Below are positions 1 through 10,680 of a DNA stretch of 64,000 bases, one piece after another. The first letter of the stretch is position 1, and each line of letters begins with the position of its first letter. Under the pieces are notes generated by a model, which had not been told where the DNA came from, made no database searches, and worked only from the letters and a program-made list of their open reading frames with translations. Origin of the DNA: Albugo candida (Eukaryota); NCBI GenBank assembly GCA_040437565.1, contig JBDOQK010000004.1, positions 186,001 through 250,000 of the forward strand. Direction: 5' to 3'. A program made the translations under genes and the position numbers.

Positions 1-37
1 CGACTACATACATCAGCTCGAATGTGCTCTTGAATGC

Positions 38-385
38 TTGGAAAACCGACCGAACAGTGTTAGCGGTACGATGGAGTGTCCATTTGCGGCACCCGAAGAA
101 AGTCAAACGGAACTCATTCAACCGGAGGAACTTATCGAAGACTTGTTACAAGAGTTGGGAAGCAAGACGACGGAGCTTTACCAAGCGCAAGAGCAAATAT
201 GCAAACTTGAAGCGGAAGCTCAAGTCTTACGAAAAATGCGGCCGGGGAACGAAGATGGCAACATGGCGTATCTCTCAAGTGTGGAATTGAAGCATTTCAG
301 CGGCGTGCAGGTTCAAGCCGCTATTCTAAAGTGGGAGTTGAAGATTCGCACAACGGTTGCAAAAAACCTACCAGTTGGAAACTGA
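38..385 (+). mobile_element. Coiled-coil ORF remnant, possibly a degenerate LTR-retrotransposon gag fragment next to an LTR-like segment
   Basis: Heptad-rich ORF (LLQELGSKTTELYQAQEQICKLEAEAQVL) followed by VELKHFSG, a repeated palindromic motif, an AT-rich tract and a gap. No pol motifs seen; the assignment is inference only. Confidence 0.2.
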
Positions 386-476
386 TTCGGACAAAGCAAA
401 TTCATCGATTGGCCCCATTACGCCATTGTAGATGATGCAGACAACGCGTGCCATTGGAACCCGATCACTGGCATCG

Positions 477-628
477 ATGACCTCATTACGTCATCTGGGT
501 GTGAAAGTTCTGGCAATGACCTCATCACGTCATTGCATGTGCATGTGCTGGAATGACATCTCCGATGACCTCATTTCGTCATTGGAGGTGCAAGTGCTGG
601 AAGGTTATGGATGACCTCATTACGTCAT
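477..628. repeat. Four interspersed copies of an 18-bp quasi-palindrome ATGACCTCAT(T/C)(A/T)CGTCAT
   Basis: Copies at 477-494, 516-533, 565-582 and 611-628; spacers of 21, 31 and 28 nt; the ATGAC and GTCAT ends are reverse complements. Confidence 0.9.
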
Positions 629-1060
629 CATCTATCTAGCTCTTCAATTGCACCTGTGAGTATTTAAATGTAATTAATATAAGTCTTGTTGTCGTATTTG
701 TAGTTGCTTCTACTGTATTCCCTTTGCACAAAACTTGTGTAGNNNNNNNNNNNNNNNNNNNNNNNNNNNNNNNNNNNNNNNNNNNNNNNNNNNNNNNNNN
801 NNNNNNNNNNNNNNNNNNNNNNNNNNNNNNNNNNNNNNNNNNGACATCATCGTACATGGACGAACGCATTCCATCAACACCCGATATAAGTGAATCTCCT
901 TGACCAGTTTATTGAGGCTATGTGATGGTATTTCTCAATTCTGACTATCAGCTTCCGCATACAAATTCACGAATTCTCACGATGATACATTCACGAGCTG
1001 CGGAAGTGCACCGACACGATGTGATATTTTTTTGATATTTTTGGTGGTATTTCTGGCTCT

Positions 1061-1930
1061 TTGAGACCTGGAAAATCGGTGAATCCTTCCGCATTGCCAT
1101 TCACAGCTACCAAATCATCAAAAACAGGACGAAAGACGGAAGAGATGTTGGAACTCTCTGTACATCGGATACAAATGCGCTTGGATGTGTTTAATGCTAG
1201 CAAATCACAACCACTTGCTTTAAATATGGTGGCAGCAATAGAAGATTTGGAGATTCTGGATTACATCTCGACCTCACAAATACGCAAGATGGTNNNNNNN
1301 NNNNNNNNNNNNNNNNNNNNNNNNNNNNNNNNNNNNNNNNNNNNNNNNNNNNNNNNNNNNNNNNNNNNNNNNNNNNNNNNNNNNNNNNNNNNNCATACCT
1401 CGATATTCCAGTCAAAGTACCAAGAAAAAGTAGCGATGAGTCCGATAGCTTCGAGTGCGATCCAAGACATGAACGTATTGCTGAGGAAGTAGCGGTTCTG
1501 AAAAGAGCTTGGAAGGTTATCAGCAGTGTCTGAGCGATGAGCGCAGTATCTCAGACAATAAATTCGACACTGCAGGAATGAGAAGCTTGGACTGTCTGAT
1601 CATTCAAGTAGCAATTCCAGCGCAATATGCTTCACACAATGCAACTCACCGAAAATCACATCAAATATGAGCGAATTTCAAACATTGCGCCGTAAAGCAT
1701 ACTTTTTATTGCATCAGGTGCAAGAATCTTTTTCATCCAGCAATGATACTCGAAGCATTGATCACTCAACTTGGGATAAAATTGGCAATGATGTCGATAT
1801 CAATCAGTCACCCTCAGCGTGCGATCGAGGAATTGGAAGGAGCTCTAGGATTTGATTCATTGGGTAACCAGGAGAGCATGCAAAGTCAAGACGGCTGCGA
1901 CTTTGACATTTTTGGATTCCGACGATGAAC
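1061..1930 (+). pseudogene. Frameshifted coiled-coil gene relic, inverted paralog of the 57-58 kb gene
   Basis: ~1426-1712 is near-identical to the reverse complement of ~57061-57350; fragmented ORFs; contains a gap. Confidence 0.6.
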
Positions 1931-2043
1931 AAATCTCTGACGACCGTAATAGTCTCTTGGAACGAGCACGGAGAATACTTCGGCAACAAGACACTCAAGA
2001 TAGCTAGATCAAGTCACATATGACCGAGGCTGTATCGTAAATT

Positions 2044-2730
2044 TTACAATCTTTTCAGAGCTTTTTTCTTGAGCATTTTCAAGTGACAGCTTTGTGTGGG
2101 TCGATGAGCCGAAGATAATGGACCCTCTTTCCGTTGTTTCTTGAACCCTTCAGCACCCTGACATTTTGTTGCTTCCAATTCATGCGGCTTCCGCTTCCCA
2201 ACCATTTTTCGACTGGGCTCCCTCTGTGGCTCTGACTGAGATACAATGGAGGACTTTGCAGCATGAATCTTGGTCATGATTCTAGCACGCTCAGCATACT
2301 CCTCATAACTCTCCATGAATAAACGTCCTGCTTCGTCGTTGAGAGCCGAATCGGGTGACGGAACGATCAACAAACATCGAATTACCTGAGCGATATGTAG
2401 AATACCCACTTTTGGTGACCAGTCTTTTTTGAGCGTATTCACACATACTTCCCCGTTATTCGTTGCGATATTCGGGTGATAGATTTTTGTGTCGAAAAAT
2501 GCTTTTGGTGGGGTGTCTGGAAACTGCTCTGAGAGTACTAATTTGACTTTAAAGAAAGCATTCTCATAAGGCGTTTTATCCGGTCCTTTGATTTCCACAT
2601 AAATGATATTCAGCTGATTATCGGATGGAACATATCGTATATAATCGGTCACATTCGACGCAAGTTGTCGGATTTCGTTGGAAATGCTTCGAATTGTTTG
2701 ACTTGAGAACACGACTCCAGATTCGGACAT
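2044..2730 (-). CDS. UBE2S: Ubiquitin-conjugating enzyme E2, UBE2S/UBC22-like
   Basis: Intronless 228 aa ORF with GPDKTPYE, IYHPNI, catalytic EVCVNTLKKDW, PDSALNDEAG and the basic C-terminal tail KKKALKRL typical of UBE2S. Confidence 0.9.
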   Translation of the reverse strand: MSESGVVFSSQTIRSISNEIRQLASNVTDYIRYVPSDNQLNIIYVEIKGPDKTPYENAFFKVKLVLSEQFPDTPPKAFFDTKIYHPNIATNNGEVCVNTLKKDWSPKVGILHIAQVIRCLLIVPSPDSALNDEAGRLFMESYEEYAERARIMTKIHAAKSSIVSQSEPQREPSRKMVGKRKPHELEATKCQGAEGFKKQRKEGPLSSAHRPTQSCHLKMLKKKALKRL

Positions 2731-3825
2731 GTTGACACTATTTATGGTTTTTTTCTTTCTTACAATAAAAAATTTTCTTCAAATAAATTTCAAGTGAGAA
2801 AAAAAGCCTGGGAAATGCGTACCGAGGTTACAATACGGAATTTACATAATTAGTCACAGTCGATCATGATCAAGACGTCACAACACCTTGTCTGTTCCAA
2901 CTCAATGAAGTGGTCCCGAACCAAGTCAAGTTCCAGGAAAAGCCGGTTTAGCATCGGCTTACCCGAAACCGACTCTTTTTGCTGCTCATTGAGCCACTAC
3001 GGAATTATAAGCTCCACCGCTTGATCAGACCTTTCAATCGGCACATGCAGCCTCTGAGGTAATTATTTTACCAGTATCTTCTTATATGATCGCTTCCGCT
3101 TTTTGGTAAAACGATTCATGGATGTTGTATATCGGTGGCGATGGAGCCAGTTTACTTTATTGATTTTCCTTGAATTCCTGCATCGATTGACACCGCGAAC
3201 CTTGGCATGATGCTTTCGGCTTCTTTTTGTGCCTGTCATAAATGCTGAGTCCTCCCAGATGATCAACAATAACTAGCGTGATGTTAATCAGGTTATACAG
3301 TGTGAATGAACGAAGCCGCGTAGATAATAAGCCTCTTATAGATAAGTGGACTCTAAGTGCAGAGTGTAAACGCGCACAAGTTTGTATCCAGGGATCGCCG
3401 CAGATGATAGTGTGTACGTATACCATGTGCATCGCACAATTCATCACGAAGTAAGTAGCTTCTTCGAGGAAGGGCATGTACACTGCTAGAAATTGACATA
3501 GATACTCTCAGTGGTGGACCCGTCTTTAGGCGCAGTTTATAGAATGCTTCTGCCGCTAATGATGTGAACAACTGTACTCTTTTCTCACTTATTCGCATAC
3601 AAAGCATGTCCGATCTACAGAGAATCGACCATTTACTATCGTTAATGCGAATTCGAGCTCGAATTTGCTCTTTGTTATGAATGAAGAATTGGCTTTTTCA
3701 AAGGCTTCATGGGCAAAGACCCGATTCATTCACCGTACTTGTATATTACATCATAGTCAAGTCAATAATGGTTCGAACTTCTACGTGTCTACTGCAATGC
3801 AATCTATTCGAATCTAGTGCTGTCT

Positions 3826-4422
3826 TTATTTTCCACTTTTCAAATGCTCCGGTGGCGTTGGCTCGAATGAAGCATCCCGTTTCCACTCCGGTACAAACCG
3901 AGATAGATCTTCTTCTTCCTCATCCTCGTCATACATGTGATCATCATCATTATGATCGTTCAGTTCTATTGAGTCCGACCGTTTTCGCGCTGCTCGTTTT
4001 CGTTCTTCTTTGTCCAGTTGAAATTTTTCTTTTGCGGGAAGACCCTGTGCTTTTTTTAACGCGCTTTGCCAAGTCTCTAAAGATTTGCGCGTGTTGATAA
4101 ATGAATCAACTGGATCACGGATTTGAAATGTGCCATATCGAATGATACAGAAGCTGTTTTTTAGTTTTTTGTCGATTTTTTGCAGCACATCCGAAGTGGT
4201 ATTGAACTGGGCGATGATTAATTTTGCATCATAGTGGCATTGCAGTTCACCCCATCGCCGATCCTTAATTCCGTATCCTAGGCGACGTTCCCCTCTGTTT
4301 TCAACTCCGCGGATGACACCGCCATTAAGTGTAATGATATTTGCACATTCTTGAAATATTTTGGCTACTTGCTTTGGGGTGGCTTTTCGACTTGTCAGGA
4401 GAACTTGTTTGTACAGCGGCAT
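3826..4422 (-). CDS. MRPS6: Mitochondrial ribosomal protein S6 (bS6m) with acidic C-terminal extension
   Basis: Starts MPLYK; GGVIRGVENRGERRLGYGIK matches the bS6 signature GxRxLxYxIK. Confidence 0.85.
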   Translation of the reverse strand: MPLYKQVLLTSRKATPKQVAKIFQECANIITLNGGVIRGVENRGERRLGYGIKDRRWGELQCHYDAKLIIAQFNTTSDVLQKIDKKLKNSFCIIRYGTFQIRDPVDSFINTRKSLETWQSALKKAQGLPAKEKFQLDKEERKRAARKRSDSIELNDHNDDDHMYDEDEEEEDLSRFVPEWKRDASFEPTPPEHLKSGK

Positions 4423-6302
4423 TTCGTTGGGAAATGAGTAACAATATGATCCACCGATTTTTTTGAGGAGTTGGACGCAAAATTAGGTAGTGGTAACAAT
4501 TTGATGTGGTGGCACGTTAAAAGAACCATCAGTTACTTAATCATAAAGAAATTTGCCAGCTTTTGGTTGTATTGCTCGCTTGCTCGTCACTATGAATTTC
4601 GACCNNNNNNNNNNNNNNNNNNNNNNNNNNNNNNNNNNNNNNNNNNNNNNNNNNNNNNNNNNNNNNNNNNNNNNNNNNNNNNNNNNNNNNNNNNNNNNNN
4701 NNNNGGTAACAATTTGATGTGGTGGCACGTTAAAAGAACGATCAGTTACTTTATAATAAAGAAATCTGCCAGCTTTTGGTTGTATTGCTCGCTTGCTCGT
4801 CACTATGAATTTCGACCTCACCAAATAATTACGTAATAATACCCAGCAGCTACTACGAGTATTACAACAGTGATCATCTTTTTCGCGCCGTGTCCGCTCA
4901 TTGGGTTTCCATAGCGCCGATAATTCCGTTAATTCAAGCATTTGTAATATGTGCGGAAGCCACTATCTGTTAATGCGTGACTGATCTCAACTTCCTGTGC
5001 CCACCGCATTGCTAAAAACGTCTACATCCTAGAACTATTTTGATCTATTGGATGGAGTTCACTTTTACGCCAGGACGGCGTAAAAACCATGATGATCAAG
5101 ACGATGCAAGATTTATCCTTTTAGATATCGAATGAGCCCGAGTCCTGTGGCTGTAAACAAGCGTTTGTACTAGGAGGAAACATTAATTGCGTGAAGTTGA
5201 TTAGCAATGTGCCGTATTGAATATGATGAAATGTCGTAAAGCAACAACAAGAGGGTGAGAGATGGAGAACCAACGATTCATGAGTCAATGATTTCAATCT
5301 CATCGGCTCGGTGGGTAAATAAAATTGCTGGATCGACTCCAGCCAGCATGCTACGCGTTCATTACTCTCGGCCTCCTTTACCGAGAAGTAAGTAATTTGT
5401 TGTCGCTGTTGAAGAGGAAGATTTGTTCGTGAGCGTTTTCATGTCTTCAACTTGTTGGACATATCAATCTTCTTCTTTTGCCCATTTTTTGATCGCATGC
5501 TGTCTATCTGTAATCGTAAATTTTAACAAATCCATCATCTAAAGATAATATTGTTTCTTCATGAACAAGGGCGTCAACACTTCTGTTGTGGTAATGACGA
5601 CGACAAATGAAGTACGGATCTTTTCTGCATAAGCTAATCAGGACAAGACGTCACTATAGATTCAAATGTCTAACTTTTCTCTCATAAAACAGTAACATGT
5701 TCAGCGACCTTCACTGTGTAGGAATGTGTGTATGTGTGCTTGGCATACTTAAAGCGCCCAGCTAATAGTAAGCACTGGTGAGATCAAACCATTCGTTATG
5801 CCACAAAATCAATCATCTCGTATAGTGCGATGATCGCTCAACTTATTCAAGTGCGTTCTCTCGNNNNNNNNNNNNNNNNNNNNNNNNNNNNNNNNNNNNN
5901 NNNNNNNNNNNNNNNNNNNNNNNNNNNNNNNNNNNNNNNNNNNNNNNNNNNNNNNNNNNNNNNCGGATCTTTTCTGCATAAGCTAATCAGGACAAGACGT
6001 CACTATAGATTCAAATGTCTAACTTTTCTCTCATAAAACAGTAACATGTTCAGCGACCTTCACTGTGTAGGAATGTGTGTATGTGTGCTTGGCATACTTA
6101 AAGCGCCCAGCTAATAGTAAGCACTGGTGAGATCAAACCATTCGTTATGCCACAAAATCAATCATCTCGTATAGTGCGATGATCGCTCAACTTATTCAAG
6201 TGCGTTCTCTCGTTGCCGAGATGCATCAGAAAACAGGGTACAAAGGTTCTATACTATCTTCGTTTTTGAGATATCGGTATTCGAAATACACAAACCTGGA
6301 AA

Positions 6303-6764
6303 ATGGATCCTTTGGCTGTGCTGGAGAGGGAATATCAGACCGTAATTACACAGTCTAGCCTGAGGCACGATCAGATTGCCGAAGAAGTGGGCGAAAAATT
6401 CATAGGGAATACGCAGGATGAACGGAAGGATCAGGAAGATTCATATGGCTATTCTATTCTTTGTAGTTCGCCTAGAGAAAACGAACCATCAGACCTTGAT
6501 GAGGAACCGATAGAACTGAACCAGCCTGTCGCAATAAGCCAGGGAAATAGTGATAAAACAGCATGTTTTACACGGAAAATAACGCTGGAAGCATCTAAGA
6601 AAGAAGCAATACAAAAATGCATGCAGAATATCCGGCTGAATCCATCTGCGAAGTACCAAAAATCGAATCTGACTGATTCTCAACTTGTGGATCTTGTTCA
6701 CGAACAACTCGGACTCGGTAGGATTCAAGACATCTCCCTCCTCCCTCTGGCTGAAATGGAATGA
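6303..6764 (+). CDS. Acidic hypothetical protein; C-terminus weakly resembles male-enhanced antigen 1 (MEA1)
   Basis: Clean ATG-to-stop 153 aa ORF; ITLEASKKEAIQKCMQNIRL...LTDSQLVDLV recalls the MEA1 motif (weak, from memory). Confidence 0.6.
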   Translation: MDPLAVLEREYQTVITQSSLRHDQIAEEVGEKFIGNTQDERKDQEDSYGYSILCSSPRENEPSDLDEEPIELNQPVAISQGNSDKTACFTRKITLEASKKEAIQKCMQNIRLNPSAKYQKSNLTDSQLVDLVHEQLGLGRIQDISLLPLAEME

Positions 6765-7558
6765 TTGATCAATAGAGTCATATCCAACAATTATTATGAT
6801 CTATTTCTTAAGTTCTACAAGAGGAGTCCGTAGATCGTTAAGCAAGTTCATCTCATGGTATCGTCGCATTACTTCATCTAAACAGATCAAATAGTGCAGT
6901 TTTATAGATTCGTAATTTGACCGATTGCGCCGTAATATAATATCCATTACGTATGATAATGCTGTTCTAATTTGCCGACAAGCACCACTTTACAAGACAA
7001 AGAGACATCGATACAGGCACGATATGGCTGAAAAAGGTCACTGTCAAAGGTAGGAGGATCTACCAATTGCACACGATTCGATACAAATTTATACAGTCCG
7101 GATTATGGTGGCTTTGACATCAGATCATCAGTGCTGTTTTGGTGTAATTACGATGAAGTACCGGCAAGGCATTTAGTTCAGGGAAGAGTAGTTGATTCCA
7201 TTAACGAGACTTGTAGCTCTTTCGATTTCTCTCCTGTTAATTGAGGGAAGGCTTCATATAAATTTCAGATTTCCAATTAACTTGAGTAGATCTCGCTAAT
7301 ACTGAGCATAGTGGAAGAGTAGGTCATCTCTAGTAGAACTGTAACGTAAAAATTAAGCAAACATTGGTGCAGCGCGAGGTGAGAAATTAACAATTTGAAT
7401 GTGCGGACATTTGATTGAAACGATAAAAGTGTAAGTCATTATACGATGGCACGTCCAAGAGACTAGATTATGAGCCCACCCATGCCTTCACGCAAAGATG
7501 TATACAAACAAGTGACTTTAACAAAAAAAAACATACAATTCACTTTGCTTCGGGAAAC

Positions 7559-9054
7559 TCAACGTTTATAGTCTTCCTTGATTATCTTGGCGATCGTCGA
7601 CAGTTGGATATTGCTGGTTCCTTCGTAAATCGCTCCTATTTTGGAGTCGCGGAAGAACTTTTCCGCAAACAGACCTTTTGTGAAACCAACACCACCTAGG
7701 AGATCGATGCATTTCGATGCCGTCTGTTCAGCGATTCGGGAACAATAAAGTTTGGCCATTGAAGCTTCTTTCATAAAAGGATAGCTGGCATCTTTTCGAC
7801 GAGCTGCGTTGTACACCAGAAGCCTGGCAGTTTCAATTCCCAACGCAAGTTCCGCGTACTGATGCTGGACCGCTTGAAAATCACCAACGGGACTTCCAAA
7901 CTGGTGTCGGTCAAAAAGATACGGCATCGTCTGGTCATAAACTCCTTGGGCGAGACCGAGCATTTGTGAAGCGATTCCTATTCGACCTTCGTTCAACGTG
8001 CTCATTGCAATCTTGTATCCTTGCCCAACATCCCCGATGATGTTTTGCGAATCAACCCGAACATCGTGCAAATACACCGGACAGGTTGATGACGCACGAA
8101 TGCCTAGTTTGTCTTCTGCTTTGCCAATTTCGATTCCCTCGCTATTTCGGTCAACGATAAAACATGTTATTCCTTTGTGTCCCTGGGAACTGTCGACGGT
8201 TGCGAAAACCAAGAAAAGTCCCGCGTATCCAGCGTTCGAAATCCACATTTTTTGACCATTTAGGGTGTAAAAACTGCCATCTGTGGATTTCTTGGCTTCT
8301 GTTTTAAGTGAAAATGCGTCACTACCAGAGTCTGGCTCGGTCAAACAGAAACTTCCAATCTACAATCCCAGATGCTTAAGTTCCATTTGGTAAGAAGGGT
8401 ATACGTACAGTTTTCTTGGCGAGCTGGGGAAGATACTTCTCTTTCAAGCTCATCGATCCAAATTGCTACAAAGCGTAACTTCATGCTCACCCTCGAATAT
8501 ACATTGATCGTACCATCAAAGAATTGTTGATGACGGTGTTTTGTAGATCACAGAGTACGCTCACGGAAGGATCAACTTTTGACAACTCCTCAACGGCCAA
8601 ACAGACATTGAAAAACGATGCACCCGATCCACCGAATTCTGCTGGTATCTCAATTGACATGATCTACACATTAATTGTAAATTATAGAAACGTGTTTGGA
8701 TTGGACAGATAGAATCTTACCCCGTCCTTGAACATTTCTCTTATCAGTTCATCATCCATTTTACCATTGCTCTCCATTTCCTGAACTTTTGGCTGAACTT
8801 TCATCCTAGCAAATTTGGCGACTAAAGAATGAATTGAGATCCTTGATACAAAACGGCTGGAAAAATATGCACTTTGCACCGGAATTTTGGAATAGTTCCT
8901 CATCCTCGGATAACACTGTCAAGGGTGACGCGGAAGTATGCTTCGTTCTGGGTGAAATATTTCTGAATCTCTTCTCGACGCTTTTTATAGCATGCAGGTT
9001 ACGTGGCCATTTCGCAGCAATCTTGCCGGTCCACGGGAGCAAGTAGCTTTTCAT
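7559..9054 (-). CDS. ACADSB: Short/branched-chain acyl-CoA dehydrogenase (5 exons)
   Basis: Spliced reading MKSYLLPW...[13 protein letters not shown] / [17 protein letters not shown] / [12 protein letters not shown] / [11 protein letters not shown] / [12 protein letters not shown] / LNEGRIGIA / [17 protein letters not shown]; four short GT-AG introns between ~8360 and ~8880. Confidence 0.92.
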
Positions 9055-10352
9055 CCTACAGTTAATCTTAGCAGAAAGATCCACCAGCCTTGTATTTAGG
9101 GACTGTTGCTGTTTAGTTTCAACTTGATAGATATCTCGCTGAGGTGATTGCTAGGATGACAAGAGTAGCCATGTGTTACAAAAATGGCGCTAGGTGACTT
9201 AGATGAGCTAGCGTGAAATACATGTGATCCGCATCGAAATGACACATCGTAGTCGTTTTGCTTGTCTATAGATTGAGTGAGAGTTATTGCGAATATTTGG
9301 TACAAATGTAAAGAAACAACGCGTTGATGCACTTGACATCTTATTGTATTCAAGCACGATCGTAATTTGATCCTTCTTACCGAATCAACTAATTCGTGAC
9401 GTATCCCAGCACATTATGAACCAGCGTCCTCCGCTGCAAGTATGTTGGCGCTTCATACTGCCCTCGTAACTTTAGCTCGAGAAACTCCATACAGTGATGA
9501 CATGATCAAATAACACTAGGCGTAGCATGGTTTACAATTATCAGGTATTGCATGTGCGATTTCTAGGTTTGATCTAATGATAACAATATAACTAGATGGG
9601 CACACAGACACGAGTTGGAAAGCAACTGGTCGGCTATCTTACACCCAGCTCTTTGCTAGATTNNNNNNNNNNNNNNNNNNNNNNNNNNNNNNNNNNNNNN
9701 NNNNNNNNNNNNNNNNNNNNNNNNNNNNNNNNNNNNNNNNNNNNNNNNNNNNNNNNNNNNNNCATGTGTTACAAAAATGGCGCTAGGTGACTTAGATGAG
9801 CTAGCGTGAAATACATGTGATCCGCATCGAAATGACACATCGTAGTCGTTTTGCTTGTCTATAGATTGAGTGAGAGTTATTGCGAATATTTGGTACAAAT
9901 GTAAAGAAACAACGCGTTGATGCACTTGACATCTTATTGTATTCAAGCACGATCGTAATTTGATCCTTCTTACCGAATCAACTAATTCGTGACGTATCCC
10001 AGCACATTATGAACCAGCGTCCTCCGCTGCAAGTATGTTGGCGCTTCATACTGCCCTCGTAACTTTAGCTCGAGAAACTCCATACAGTGATGACATGATC
10101 AAATAACACTAGGCGTAGCATGGTTTACAATTATCAGGTATTGCATGTGCGATTTCTAGGTTTGATCTAATGATAACAATATAACTAGATGGGCACACAG
10201 ACACGAGTTGGAAAGCAACTGGTCGGCTATCTTACACCCAGCTCTTTGCTAGATTTTAGGATTTGACGTTTGAGGCTGTTTCATTCATTGATGACATTAA
10301 CCGTGATAATAAGTTTTCAATCTTATCCTTTCTTATACACCACGTCAAGTGT

Positions 10353-10680
10353 ATGTGTTTGGCTCTTTTTACTCTGTTTTGCATGTGTACAAACATTTGT
10401 AGCTTGGTGTCGTTACAAACTGTCCGCATCCAGGTATTGTTCCGAAAGAGTATCGAATGCATACTGCAGACATTTGGTGACAAAAACCGCTGTTAGAATA
10501 CTCTGGTGCACTTAAGGTCCTACAGCTATACAGCCACGATAGGTCTCATTTGTACGAAATTGTGTCATACGATTACAAGTTCTTTGTCTAAAAAGTAAAG
10601 AGGGGTATGAGGTGCAAGCTGACTACCGAATCATCGAGCCAATACTGCTGGCTTTGATGTCGTCGAAGTGGTTCTTAAAA
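10353..10680 (+). pseudogene. Possible relic of a secreted CCG/CHxC-type effector
   Basis: Signal-peptide-like MCLALFTLFCMCTNICS, then SIECILQTFG (10449-10478), one base (AGT vs TGT) from CxxCxxxxxG; the frame breaks afterwards. Confidence 0.3.

Noticed and set aside
477-628. CRISPR array
   Set aside because: Eukaryotic context, no cas genes, 18-bp repeats, and spacers of unequal length that resemble each other.
3681-4097. ORF antisense to MRPS6 (and the many other short antisense ORFs inside real genes)
   Set aside because: Shadow ORFs overlapping well-supported genes.
7201-7300. Weak hairpin (gttaattg/caattaac; ttaacgaga/tctcgctaa) as a MITE or miRNA
   Set aside because: Pairing is too short and imperfect for AT-rich DNA.
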